Origin: Candidatus Krumholzibacteriota bacterium
GTDB lineage: Bacteria; Krumholzibacteriota; Krumholzibacteriia; JAJRXK01
Assembly: GCA_963764625.1 (NCBI GenBank)
Contig: CAVXTH010000009.1
Coordinates: forward strand, 256,001 to 320,000
Length of the DNA: 64,000 bases
Reading direction: 5' to 3'
This document shows, piece by piece, positions 1-9,352 of the stretch. A model generated the notes under the pieces. It saw only the letters and a program-made list of their open reading frames with translations, had not been told where the DNA came from and searched no databases. A program made the translations under genes and the position numbers. The first letter of the stretch is position 1, and each line of letters opens with the position of its first letter.

Positions 1-512
1 TCCAGAATCAGCACGCGATCGGCGTGGATGACCTTTCCCGCGAACTGGCAGGCGTTCACTTCGAAACTCTCGTCGTCCGGAGCGGCAGCGATCAGGTCGA
101 AGAGACTCGAGAGCATCTGGAGGATGCGATCGCGGGCCATTCCGGTGGTTGCGCGATTTGGCGAGAAGGAGACACGGGACTGAAGCTCGTCGTGCTGAGA
201 GAGGGGAGCCCCGATGGAGGTCCAGGAGTCGTTGCGCCACAGTTCCGCCTCGCCGAAAGTGAGGTGGCTCTGCTCGGGAATTTCGACCTCTTTCTCGGTT
301 TCGATCTGCTTCCCGTCGATGAGAGTGCCACTCGTGCTGCTGAGATTGCGAACGAAGAGTTTCGCTCCCTCTACGCGCAGGATCGCGTGTTGCCGGCTGA
401 CGCTCATGACCGGGATGCGGATTTGGGAGCTTTCGGAGCGGCCGAGGGTATGGGTCCCGTTCTCGAGGGAGAGCGAGTGACTTTCGCCCCCATAATTCAA
501 GTGGACTTCCAC
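1..512 (-). CDS. FHA domain protein followed by a probable GAF domain (partial, runs off left edge)
   Basis: Absent from the ORF track because it has no stop in the window. Manual translation from GTG at 512 (AGGAG RBS at 524-520) gives VEVHLNYGGESHSLSLENGTHTLGRSESSQIRIPVMSVSRQHAILRVEGAKLFVRNLSSTSGTLIDG, carrying FHA GR/SRxHA/GT motifs, then ...VIHADRVLIL, typical of a GAF start. Confidence 0.85.
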   Translation of the reverse strand, partial: MEVHLNYGGESHSLSLENGTHTLGRSESSQIRIPVMSVSRQHAILRVEGAKLFVRNLSSTSGTLIDGKQIETEKEVEIPEQSHLTFGEAELWRNDSWTSIGAPLSQHDELQSRVSFSPNRATTGMARDRILQMLSSLFDLIAAAPDDESFEVNACQFAGKVIHADRVLIL

Positions 513-593
513 GAGTTCACTCCTGCGCTCAAATCGAGACAATCGGTGCATCCCACAGTGTAGGGGTTGTCTTGAGTCGCGTCGAGGGGCGGC

Positions 594-1514
594 TCATCCG
601 GTGGCATGGTGGGGGTCGAGATCGCGCGAGCGCCCTCCGTGTTGGGCCGAGAGGCCGACCACGATCAGGATCAATCCGGCCAAAGTCGAGGGGTGAATCG
701 TCTCTCCGAGGACTAGCTGGATGAACACCAGGCTCAGGAAGGGGGAGAGGAAGATGAGATTGGCCACTCTCGACGCATTGCTCGTGCGCTTCATCGCCGC
801 AAGCCACAGCACGTAGGTGATTCCCATCTCGAAGATGCCGACGTAGAGCGCGCCGAGAATCCAGGAACCCATCCGCCCTCCGCCCGCGTCGGGAAAGAAC
901 CCACCGGTCCACGCGGCGAAGAATGCGACCAAGGGGAGGGCGAAGAGGAAACTCAGAAACAGTCCCACCACCGGCTGAAGATCTCCGCGAGTGTTGAAAA
1001 TCCAATAGAACGCCCAGATGAGAGTGCTGCCCAGAGCCAGCGCGATTCCCGCGCCGTCGTAGCTCAAGTGCCGGAAGTCTCCTCCGGTGGAGATGATGAC
1101 CACTCCGCCATAGCACACGAGCCCGGCGAATAGATCGCGCCAGCGAAAGCGATGGTGCAGTAGGGGAATCGAGAGCCAGGAGAGGGTGAGGGCCCAGGTG
1201 TAGTTCAAGGGTTGCGCGACCTGGGCGGGCAGACGGTCGTAGGCCGAGAAGAGAATCGTGTAATAGAGGAAGGGATTGAGGAACCCCAAGATCGCGGCGT
1301 GGAAGTATTGCTGCCGGCGCGCGCGAAGCAGCAGAGGGAGACGCCGTTGCCCCGCCAGCAGGAGCCCCAGTACCACCAATGAAAAAGCGTTCGCCCAGAA
1401 CAAGAGCTGCGCCGGCTCGAGCACTCGCAGGCTCAGCTTGAAGGCGGTCGCCACCGTCGACCACAGCAAGACTGCGGCCAGGGCGAAGAGACGAGCTTGA
1501 CGCTCTTGGTTCAC
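594..1514 (-). CDS. EamA/DMT family transporter
   Basis: About 10 hydrophobic helices in two EamA repeats (LLWSTVATAFK, AQPLNYTWA, ANLIFLSPFLS...LGE). Start placed at GTG 1514; the upstream extension covers the promoter region. Confidence 0.9.
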   Translation of the reverse strand: MNQERQARLFALAAVLLWSTVATAFKLSLRVLEPAQLLFWANAFSLVVLGLLLAGQRRLPLLLRARRQQYFHAAILGFLNPFLYYTILFSAYDRLPAQVAQPLNYTWALTLSWLSIPLLHHRFRWRDLFAGLVCYGGVVIISTGGDFRHLSYDGAGIALALGSTLIWAFYWIFNTRGDLQPVVGLFLSFLFALPLVAFFAAWTGGFFPDAGGGRMGSWILGALYVGIFEMGITYVLWLAAMKRTSNASRVANLIFLSPFLSLVFIQLVLGETIHPSTLAGLILIVVGLSAQHGGRSRDLDPHHATG

Positions 1515-1585
1515 CTGGCGCAGCGTAGCACAACGGCCAACGGCGTCAATTCGCGCGGCATGAGTGCCATCGCCCATGCGCCCAC

Positions 1586-1665
1586 ATTGGATGGCTGATA
1601 CACTGATTGGATGGTCACTTTTCCCATCCAAATCCCCTTGACGCGGGGATCTTAGCCTCTATCCT
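1586..1665. promoter_or_regulatory. Probable MocR operator plus sigma70-type promoter for the MocR gene
   Basis: ATTGGATGG direct repeats at 1586-1594 and 1606-1614, inverted copy CCATCCAA at 1624-1631, then TTGACG(1638)-N16-TATCCT(1660). Lies between divergent EamA and MocR genes. Confidence 0.6.
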
Positions 1666-1743
1666 TTGGAAAGGACCCCTCCAATCAACGAGCTCGGCGG
1701 GCCGCAGTTGAGCTCGCTCTCTAGGCCCGGCGGGAGCCTCAGC

Positions 1744-3258
1744 ATGAATTTGCGCATCGAAGTCGAGCACGAGAGCTCTGTTCCGATCTACCTGCAGATC
1801 GTGCAGCAGTTGCGCGAGCGGATCGCCACCGGTGAGGTGAGCGAGGGAACCCTCCTGCCTCCGGAGCGTACTCTGGCCCAGCAGCTGGGAGTGAATCGCA
1901 GCACAGTGGTGAGCGCCTACCGCGAGCTCAAGCGGAGTGGTTTGGCGCAGGCCCGGGTGGGCCGGGGAACCTCGGTGCTCGCGTTCGCGGGCGAGGAGTC
2001 CACGGCGGAGGCGGAAGGCCCGCTTCCCTGGCGCCAACTCTTCAGCGAGTCCGTACGTCCGGACAGCGATCCGCTCGTGCGTGATCTCTTGGAGATGGCG
2101 GGCCGCGAGGACGTCATTCCCCTCTCGGTGGGATTGCCCGCGCCCGAGCTGCTTCCCCTCGAGCTGGTCCGGCGCGTGACCCGCGATCTGGGAGGCAAGT
2201 TGGGCTCGGCCTCGTTGTTGCAATGTCCGACCGAGGGCGTGAAATCCTTTCGTGAGGCTCTGGCGAGCCGGATGCGCTCGCGGGGAGTGGAGTGTGGCGC
2301 CGAGGAAGTTCTCGTTCTCTCGGGCTCCCAGCAGGGTCTGGATCTGGCGTCGCGCGTGTTTCTCGATCCCGGCGATATCGTGGTCGTCGACGAGCCCACC
2401 TACTTCGGCGCGCTCCAGGCTTTTCGCGGTGCGCGGGCGCGGATCCTCCCTGTTCCCAGCGACGAGCAGGGGATGATCACCGATGTCCTGGCCACCGTCC
2501 TGGAGCGGCATCGTCCCAAGCTCATCTACACCCTGCCCACCTTCAAGAACCCGGCGGGGACGGTGATGAGTCTGTCCCGGCGTCAGCATCTTCTCGATCT
2601 GGCCTGGAAGTTCCAGGTGCCGGTGCTCGAGGATGACCCCTACTCCGATCTGCGCTACGACGGCGAGAATCTGCCCAGCCTGAAGGCTCTGGATCGGCAC
2701 GGTGGCGTGATCTATCTCTCGACCTTCTCCAAGATTCTCTTTCCCGGCCTGCGTCTCGGCTGGCTCGTGGCCGATCGGCCCGTGGTGCGACAGTTCGCAC
2801 TCTTGAAGCAGGTGGTCGATCTCCACAGCGACACTCCCGGACAGTGGGTGGTCGACGCTCTGATCCGCGAGGGCACCCTGGATGAGCACGTGAAGATGGT
2901 GAAGGGCCACTACGCGCGCCGCCGGGACCTCATGCACGAGACCCTTCAGAGCTGCGCTCCCGCTGGGGTGCGCTGGGTTCGGCCCGAGGGAGGGTTTTAC
3001 GTGTGGTGCCGCCTTCCCCTGGAGGTCGAGAGGTCAAGGCTCGTCAGCACCGCGGCCGAGGCCGGAGTATCGTTCTTGCCCGGTTGGTCTTGCTATGTCG
3101 AAGACCCGGGCACGCCCTTCATTCGACTCAATTTTTCCTTTGCCCGCGAAGATCAAATCGTGCCGGGCGTGACCCGGCTGATGGAAGCAGTTGCTCGTAG
3201 TTCTGCCGGAGCGCGATTGAACGTCGCCGAAGGGGTGGGTACCCATCCCATCGTTTGA
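1744..3258 (+). CDS. MocR/GabR-type GntR regulator (wHTH plus PLP aminotransferase-like domain)
   Basis: N-terminal PIYLQI...LPPERTLAQQLGVNRSTVVSAY; C-terminal GSQQGLDL, EDDPY, STFSKILFPGLRLGW (PLP lysine). Confidence 0.95.
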   Translation: MNLRIEVEHESSVPIYLQIVQQLRERIATGEVSEGTLLPPERTLAQQLGVNRSTVVSAYRELKRSGLAQARVGRGTSVLAFAGEESTAEAEGPLPWRQLFSESVRPDSDPLVRDLLEMAGREDVIPLSVGLPAPELLPLELVRRVTRDLGGKLGSASLLQCPTEGVKSFREALASRMRSRGVECGAEEVLVLSGSQQGLDLASRVFLDPGDIVVVDEPTYFGALQAFRGARARILPVPSDEQGMITDVLATVLERHRPKLIYTLPTFKNPAGTVMSLSRRQHLLDLAWKFQVPVLEDDPYSDLRYDGENLPSLKALDRHGGVIYLSTFSKILFPGLRLGWLVADRPVVRQFALLKQVVDLHSDTPGQWVVDALIREGTLDEHVKMVKGHYARRRDLMHETLQSCAPAGVRWVRPEGGFYVWCRLPLEVERSRLVSTAAEAGVSFLPGWSCYVEDPGTPFIRLNFSFAREDQIVPGVTRLMEAVARSSAGARLNVAEGVGTHPIV

Positions 3259-3298
3259 ACCGGTTTTCGGGTGTATCCCCAATCTCAGGTGGTCAAGC

Positions 3299-4504
3299 AT
3301 GAAGATCAAACTCGCAAAGCGGATGGAGAAGATCAAAGCTTCCGAGATCCGTGAGCTGCTGAAACTCACCCAGCATCCCGAGATGATCTCCTTCGCGGGC
3401 GGGTTGCCTGCCCCCGAAACCTTTCCGGTCGAAGATTTTCGAACCGCCGTGGATGCCGTTCTCACCGAACAGGGACGTCGCGCCCTGCAGTATTCTCCCA
3501 CCGATGGCGACAAGGGTCTTCGTGAGATGATTGCGCAGCGCATGAACGCCTTGCGCGGCACCAAGGTCAACTCCGAAGAGATCCTCATCACGAGTGGATC
3601 GCAACAGGGGTTGGATTTGTCGGCCAAGATCCTCCTGGACGAGGGCGATGTCGTTCTGTGCGAGTCGCCCACCTATCTCGGCGCGATCCAGGCCTTCGTT
3701 CCCTACGCGCCGCGTTTCATCGAGATCGCCACCGACGGCGAGGGCATGGACATGGAGGAACTCGAGAAAGCCTTGAGCACGCAAGAGCGGGTGAAGATGA
3801 TCTATGTCATCCCCGATTTTCAGAATCCCTCCGGGCGCACCTGGTCACTGAAACGGCGCGAGAAACTCATCGAGCTGGCGAATCGATTCGAGGTCCCGAT
3901 CGTGGAGGACAGCCCTTATGCCGAGCTGCGCTTCGAGGGCGAGGACATTCCCTCGATCAAGTCGATGGATACCGAGGGCATGGTCATTCACCTGGGGACC
4001 TTCTCCAAGATCTTCTGTCCAGGGCTCCGCGTGGCCTGGCTGGCCGCTTCTTCCGAGATCAGGAGGAAGTTCGAGCTCGTGAAGCAGGGTGTCGATCTGC
4101 ACACCTCCACGATCGCGCAACTGGACATCCTGCAGTACATGCGGGACAACGATCTCGATGCGAACATCCGCGGCATCCGCGAGCTCTACCGGGAGCGCCA
4201 CGACGTGATGCTTCGGGCGATGGACGAGCTCATGCCGGAGGGAGTGAAATACACCCGGCCTCAGGGAGGCATGTTTCTCTGGGTCGAACTGCCCGAGGGA
4301 GCCGAGGCCAGGGTCATTCTCGAACGGTGTCTCAAGGAGAAAGTTGCCTTCGTGCCCGGCTCGTCGTTCTTTCCCAATGGGGGACACGAGAATACGATGC
4401 GGGTCAACTACTCGGTTTCCTCCCCCGAGAGGATCAGAACCGGGATGGAGAGAATGGCGCGCATCATCAGGGCCTATTTAGCCGAAATGGTCACGATCGA
4501 CTGA
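3299..4504 (+). CDS. PLP-dependent aminotransferase class I (LysN/2-aminoadipate transaminase-like)
   Basis: ASEIRELLK, ISFAGGLP, FQNPSG, EDSPY, GTFSKIFCPGLRVAW; no HTH. Confidence 0.93.
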   Translation: MKIKLAKRMEKIKASEIRELLKLTQHPEMISFAGGLPAPETFPVEDFRTAVDAVLTEQGRRALQYSPTDGDKGLREMIAQRMNALRGTKVNSEEILITSGSQQGLDLSAKILLDEGDVVLCESPTYLGAIQAFVPYAPRFIEIATDGEGMDMEELEKALSTQERVKMIYVIPDFQNPSGRTWSLKRREKLIELANRFEVPIVEDSPYAELRFEGEDIPSIKSMDTEGMVIHLGTFSKIFCPGLRVAWLAASSEIRRKFELVKQGVDLHTSTIAQLDILQYMRDNDLDANIRGIRELYRERHDVMLRAMDELMPEGVKYTRPQGGMFLWVELPEGAEARVILERCLKEKVAFVPGSSFFPNGGHENTMRVNYSVSSPERIRTGMERMARIIRAYLAEMVTID

Positions 4505-4603
4505 AGGCTCGCGTAAGACGGGGGAAGAGGCTGGTCTTGAAGTGGCCGCCCGACTATCGTTTTTCGAGCCTCTTGCAGAAACCTCTGAGAAAGGACTTCC
4601 AGA

Positions 4604-5779
4604 ATGGCAGTCAGGAATGCACGCGCGGCTCTGATGCTTGGCGCACTGATGCTCGTGAGCAGCGTCGTCGCGAGAGCGGAAGAACCCGCCACCTTCGAAG
4701 AAGCGCAGAGTCTGGCCAAACAGCAGGGAAAGCTGATGCTCATCGATTTCTACGCGGATTGGTGCGGCCCCTGCAAACGTTTCCAGGCGGATGCCTCTAC
4801 CGTTTCAGAATTGAAGCAGGGACTGAATTCCGTGGTCTTCTTCAGCATCGATGCCGAGAAGGGCGATGGAATCGAATTGGCGAAACGCTACGGAGTGCGG
4901 TCGTATCCCAATTTCCTGTTGGCGAACGCCGCGGGAAGTGCCGTATTCCGATGGGTGGGCTACGGTGACTCCGCCGGCTTTCTGAAGAACATGAACGAGG
5001 GTCTGGCCGATCCCACGACCCTGGTCGACAAGGAGATAAGATTCGATAAAAAGCCCACCGTCAAAGACGCCGAGGCGGTGGCCAACGCCGCGCTGGCGGC
5101 GAGTGACATGAAGAAGGCGGCGTCTTGGTACGAGAAGGCCGCGAAGTTGCAGGGTGGAGGGTACGAGGGCGAGATCTACATGGCCAAGTACTATGGCCTG
5201 CAGGCCGGCCTGTTCACGAAAGACGAGGTTCTGGCTGCCGCGGACGCGGTCATGCAAGGCGACAAGTTCGAAGACAAGATGATGGTGTACCAGACCCAAG
5301 CGGGTCTGGCGAGAGCGACAAGAGATCCAGCCCTCCGTCATCGATATGTAGAAGCGGTGTGGGATCTGTTGAAGGACAACCACTCGCCCGACGCGGAGAG
5401 CATGCGCGAGTACGTCGCCATCGATTACGCGCTCTATGTGGAGATGGATCTCCAGAAGGCCGCGAATCTGAAATACGCGGCGATGCCAGAGGGATGGCTG
5501 GAGAACGCCGACGCGCTCAACGAGTACGCCTGGTGGTGCTTCGAGAACAAAGTCGATCTGGAGCGCGCGGAGAAGCTCGCGCGCAAGGGGATCAAACTGG
5601 CCGAAGCTGGTTCGCAGAGAGCGGCCATCCTGGATACAGCGGCCGAACTCTGTAACGCTCTGGGACACTGCGACGACGCGGTGAGCCTCACCCAGCAGGC
5701 CATCGAGAACGACTCTCAGAACGAGTACTACAAGAAGCAGCTCAAGCGCTTCCAGGACCTGGCCAAGCAGGCTGGTTGA
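4604..5779 (+). CDS. Secreted thioredoxin-family protein with C-terminal TPR-like helices
   Basis: Signal peptide ending ARA, DFYADWCGPC, cis-Pro SYP, TPR-like LNEYAW...ILDTAAE. Confidence 0.85.
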   Translation: MAVRNARAALMLGALMLVSSVVARAEEPATFEEAQSLAKQQGKLMLIDFYADWCGPCKRFQADASTVSELKQGLNSVVFFSIDAEKGDGIELAKRYGVRSYPNFLLANAAGSAVFRWVGYGDSAGFLKNMNEGLADPTTLVDKEIRFDKKPTVKDAEAVANAALAASDMKKAASWYEKAAKLQGGGYEGEIYMAKYYGLQAGLFTKDEVLAAADAVMQGDKFEDKMMVYQTQAGLARATRDPALRHRYVEAVWDLLKDNHSPDAESMREYVAIDYALYVEMDLQKAANLKYAAMPEGWLENADALNEYAWWCFENKVDLERAEKLARKGIKLAEAGSQRAAILDTAAELCNALGHCDDAVSLTQQAIENDSQNEYYKKQLKRFQDLAKQAG

Positions 5780-5801
5780 TCAGAGCTCGATCGGAACTCG
5801 A

Positions 5802-6482
5802 TCAACGCCCACCGTCATCGTTGACGGTGGGCGTTTCTTCGTTCGTTCCGGTCTCGCCGTCTTCGGCTGGCTTCTCCACGGGCGTACCGCCTCCACCGAA
5901 CTGAAATCCGATCCCAGCCTGGAAGCTGTTCACGATGTCGTGCCGCAGGTAGCTGGTCGTCGCGAGGAAATTGAAGGTGTAGCCCAAATTGATGAAGACG
6001 TTCTTGGTGAGATAGGTATCGACCCCCACCGGAAGCGAGAGACTGAAGTTGCTCTCGTTATCCTCGAACGGCGAGCCGTCCGTGGTGATGGTAAAGGTCG
6101 TGAACTTGAATCCCAATCCAACCCCGGCGTAGGCCTTGAACGTGGGGTTGAGATCGAGGAAATAGCGACCCAAGAGCTGCAGCAGGATGTCGCTGTACTC
6201 TCCATTAACGTTCTGCTGCTCCGCCCCTTTGTAGTCTTCGGTGACTTTGAAATAGTGGAACCGAAAACCGGCGGTCCAATTTGCGTTGGAGCTGAGCTTC
6301 TCGTAGCTCAGGATTCCGCCGCTGCCGTAGCTCGTCTGCGCGGCCGGCTCGGTCACCATGCTCACGTAGGTGCCATCCATGGTGATGATCGTCGCGCCTT
6401 GACGCATCTCGGTGGCAAGCGCCGCATGTGCCATCAGCACGAAAATCCCTAGAGTCACAGCTGCAGTTACGCGTCGCATCAT
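5802..6482 (-). CDS. Outer-membrane beta-barrel protein (OmpA-like, 8-strand type)
   Basis: Signal peptide (ALA), alternating aromatic strands (KAYAGVGLG, VFINLGYTF, QAGIGFQF), acidic disordered tail. Confidence 0.8.
   Translation of the reverse strand: MMRRVTAAVTLGIFVLMAHAALATEMRQGATIITMDGTYVSMVTEPAAQTSYGSGGILSYEKLSSNANWTAGFRFHYFKVTEDYKGAEQQNVNGEYSDILLQLLGRYFLDLNPTFKAYAGVGLGFKFTTFTITTDGSPFEDNESNFSLSLPVGVDTYLTKNVFINLGYTFNFLATTSYLRHDIVNSFQAGIGFQFGGGGTPVEKPAEDGETGTNEETPTVNDDGGR
5804..5840 (+). terminator. Intrinsic terminator-like hairpin inside the 3' end of the convergent gene
   Basis: Perfect 14-bp stem AACGCCCACCGTCA-tcgt-TGACGGTGGGCGTT followed by TCTTC. Confidence 0.6.
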
Positions 6483-6509
6483 TTATCCTCTCACTCTTCT
6501 CGGGTCGGT

Positions 6510-8384
6510 TTACTGCTGCTCCTGGAGCAGGGCCGCCGTAGCCTTGGGGTTGATGAGCTTCAACTTGGGTTGATCCGGCAGAGCGTCAGCACCATTCTCG
6601 ATCAGCGCGATGATCTCCGGCGGCGTGAGATCCGGCTTCATGGCCACCAGTTTCGCCGCGAGATTCAACACGTTCGGAGAGGCCATCGAAGTGCCCGAGA
6701 GAGCCATCTGCTCTCCTCCGGGTACGTTGCTCTCAACCTCGAAGCCGTTGGAGTACACCACGACGTTGTCGCCCATGCTGGTGAAATTCGTGCGTTTTCC
6801 CTCTTGGTCGACCGCCCCGACGACCAGGACGTTGGGCATTTCGTAGGAGGACGGAATCGTGCGGTGAAAGCTGACGTCCGAGTCGTCGTTGCCGGCCGCC
6901 ACCACGAACAGGATGTCCGGGCAGCTCTCGATCGCCTTGTGCAGACCCTCGTCGAGGATGCCGAAGTTCTCTTCGGTCATTGCCTTGCGCTCTTCCGCCG
7001 TCTTCCCGATGCCGTTCGCCTCGAGGCTGGACTCGACTTCCTTGAAGGTCCAGCCCCAGCTCATGTTGACCACCCTCACCTTGGCTGCCTTGAAGTACTT
7101 GGCCGAAGCCGCGTAGGAAGCCGCGTGCTTCAACGCGATCTCTTTGGTGATCGCGGCCGGAAGGGCGTGGTAATCGAAGGTGATTCTCGAAATGAGGATC
7201 TTCGCGTAGGGGTTGCCCTTGGTGGCGATCCCAGCGACGTGGGTGCCGTGCGCGTAGAGGCCCACGAATCCCAGCGAGGTCATGAAATCCTTCATCTGAT
7301 CCGGGGGCAGGCTCACCAGGTGCTGACGCACCTCACTGGCCGCGTCGCTCTGGATCGCGGCCTGGAGATCCATGATTCCCTTCATGTAGTGCATGGCATC
7401 GGCGACCTTGCCATCCTGGTCTCCCAGAGGATGGAGAAGGTGCGGGTTCGCGTCGCCGTTGATGTCGTAGGCGATTCCATGGAGGTCGTCCACGAAGCCG
7501 TTCCCGTCGTCGTCCTTTCCGTCGAGGGTCTCGTTTGGATTCGTCCAGAGGGAGTTCTTGTAGACGCTCACATCGACTCCCGAATCCCAGATTCCCACCA
7601 CGACCGGGGTGTAGTTCTTTCCCGGAGGAAGGGTCAGCTCACGCGCGGGCCAGATGTCCTTCTTTTGCTCCTTGTGCGCATCGACGACCGAGGTGAGGGC
7701 GGCGAGGCGTTCTTCTCTCAGAGGGAGGATGACCTTGAGCGCGAAGTACAGGCCGATCACCCGATCCGCCATGTCGCCGCTGAGCTCGTGCGAATTCGCC
7801 ACCACGGGATCGATCTGGGACTGAACCATGCCCTTGATGACGTTTTCGGAGAGAATCTCCGCCATTCCGCGTTGCTGCTGGACGTCGTCCTGCACCACGT
7901 CCCAGGGCAGATTCTGCAGCTCCAGTTGGAGTTGTTGTTTGAAGGTGTCTCGGTAGGCCTGCGAGCCCTCGGCGCCCGCCTTGCGCGCGGCCACCAGGGC
8001 GCGCGCGGTGAGCCCGGTGAGGAGTTTCGCGGACTCCTTCCCCTCCAAATTCTTGATCTTGTCGATCCACCCGAGTGCTTGCTCGTCGCGCTGGGCGAGC
8101 AGATCGAGGGTCAGCAGGATCCCGTAGTATCCTTTCAACATCGCCGGATCCTGGAGATCATACTTTTTCAGGATGGACTCGATGTCCTTCCGAACCGTCT
8201 CGCCCAGGGTGGACATGGCCTCATCCGACGCGAGCATCTCGCTGACAGACCCTTCCACCGGATAAGAGCGGACGGGGAGGTCGGTGAGGCTCTTTACCGG
8301 GATCTTCTCGGCCACGGCAGAGTGGACCGAGAGCGTCGTCAAGCCCAGGATCAGGCAGAGAATGGTCAAAAAAGTGCGTCTCAC
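6510..8384 (-). CDS. Secreted S8 (subtilisin-like) serine peptidase
   Basis: Triad motifs IWDSG, HGTHVAG, GTSMASP; oxyanion AAGN; signal peptide; AAGGAGG RBS before GTG 8384. Confidence 0.95.
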   Translation of the reverse strand: MRRTFLTILCLILGLTTLSVHSAVAEKIPVKSLTDLPVRSYPVEGSVSEMLASDEAMSTLGETVRKDIESILKKYDLQDPAMLKGYYGILLTLDLLAQRDEQALGWIDKIKNLEGKESAKLLTGLTARALVAARKAGAEGSQAYRDTFKQQLQLELQNLPWDVVQDDVQQQRGMAEILSENVIKGMVQSQIDPVVANSHELSGDMADRVIGLYFALKVILPLREERLAALTSVVDAHKEQKKDIWPARELTLPPGKNYTPVVVGIWDSGVDVSVYKNSLWTNPNETLDGKDDDGNGFVDDLHGIAYDINGDANPHLLHPLGDQDGKVADAMHYMKGIMDLQAAIQSDAASEVRQHLVSLPPDQMKDFMTSLGFVGLYAHGTHVAGIATKGNPYAKILISRITFDYHALPAAITKEIALKHAASYAASAKYFKAAKVRVVNMSWGWTFKEVESSLEANGIGKTAEERKAMTEENFGILDEGLHKAIESCPDILFVVAAGNDDSDVSFHRTIPSSYEMPNVLVVGAVDQEGKRTNFTSMGDNVVVYSNGFEVESNVPGGEQMALSGTSMASPNVLNLAAKLVAMKPDLTPPEIIALIENGADALPDQPKLKLINPKATAALLQEQQ

Positions 8385-8552
8385 GAGATCCTCCTTGTGA
8401 AACACGAGTGTAATGCCGGGGCCACGAGAAGTGGCACTCCATGCTAGTCCTCCGCGCCCTCGGCGACAAGCCCAGCTCGGATTCGCCTTGACCTTCCAGC
8501 GGTGGCGACCAACGTGGAAGAAGCGCGATTATCCCCATTCCCCCGTCGTGTC

Positions 8553-9218
8553 ATGTCCGGGCAATCCTCTCCCCTGCGGCAACGCAGCCCCCACGGCCAG
8601 AAGACGCGCCAGAAGCTGCTGAGCGCCGCGCTCGCGCTCATGGAGCGGCACAATTTCGACGAGATCCGAATCGTGGACCTGACACGCAAGGCGGGCACCT
8701 CGACCGGCTCGTTCCACTACTACTTCAAGGACAAGGACGAGCTCTTCGACGCCCTCATCGAGCAAGAGGCGGAACACCGGATCTCGATGGTGGTTCGACG
8801 CATTCAGGAGCGCGACTGGAGTGGAGTTTCGCTCCCCGGACGGGCTCGGATCTTCTTTTCGGCCGTTTTGAGGATGCACCGCAAGGAACTGGGGTTCACC
8901 CGGGCCCGTGCCCTGCGCACCTTCACCGGGCACGGCCACTGGTACAAGGGCGCCGAGGGGGAGGCCTTCGATCAGCCGATGCAGCTCATCGACGAGTGGC
9001 TGAGCGAGAGCCCGGAGCTCGTCGAGCGCCCCGATCGTCTACGCGCGGTGCAGATCGGACTCAGTTTCAGCCTGGCGGTCCTCAGTGAGTTCGTGGTCTT
9101 CCCCGAGACGCGCCGCGCCGCCCTGAAGGCGATGGGCGATGAGGAACTCCTGGAGGCTCTCGTGCTCGCCTTGGTGTCCTTCCTGCAGGCGCCAGCCTCC
9201 CATTTGATCGCGCCCTGA
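8553..9218 (+). CDS. TetR/AcrR family regulator
   Basis: TRQKLLSAA...AGTSTGSFHYYFKDKDELF HTH; start uncertain. Confidence 0.9.
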   Translation: MSGQSSPLRQRSPHGQKTRQKLLSAALALMERHNFDEIRIVDLTRKAGTSTGSFHYYFKDKDELFDALIEQEAEHRISMVVRRIQERDWSGVSLPGRARIFFSAVLRMHRKELGFTRARALRTFTGHGHWYKGAEGEAFDQPMQLIDEWLSESPELVERPDRLRAVQIGLSFSLAVLSEFVVFPETRRAALKAMGDEELLEALVLALVSFLQAPASHLIAP

Positions 9219-9352
9219 GCCTGGCTCGAAACGGTGCCCCGTCCGGCGGGCTTGCGCTACACTTCGCTCTGGAGTTTCGTGGGGTTCGGCTCGATTTCGC
9301 GCTTTTGCCCCTCGAGCTGCTGAATCCACCGCGGTTGGAGGATGGTGCCGCG

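Noticed and set aside
24-563. 179-aa plus-strand ORF
   Set aside because: Antisense shadow of the minus-strand FHA gene, which has clear motifs and an RBS.
6570-8447. Long antisense ORFs (this 625-aa one, also 1615-2937, 24617-26272, 37272-38564, 41608-42903, 52060-53703)
   Set aside because: Mirror frames of well-supported genes, expected in high-GC DNA; no motifs.
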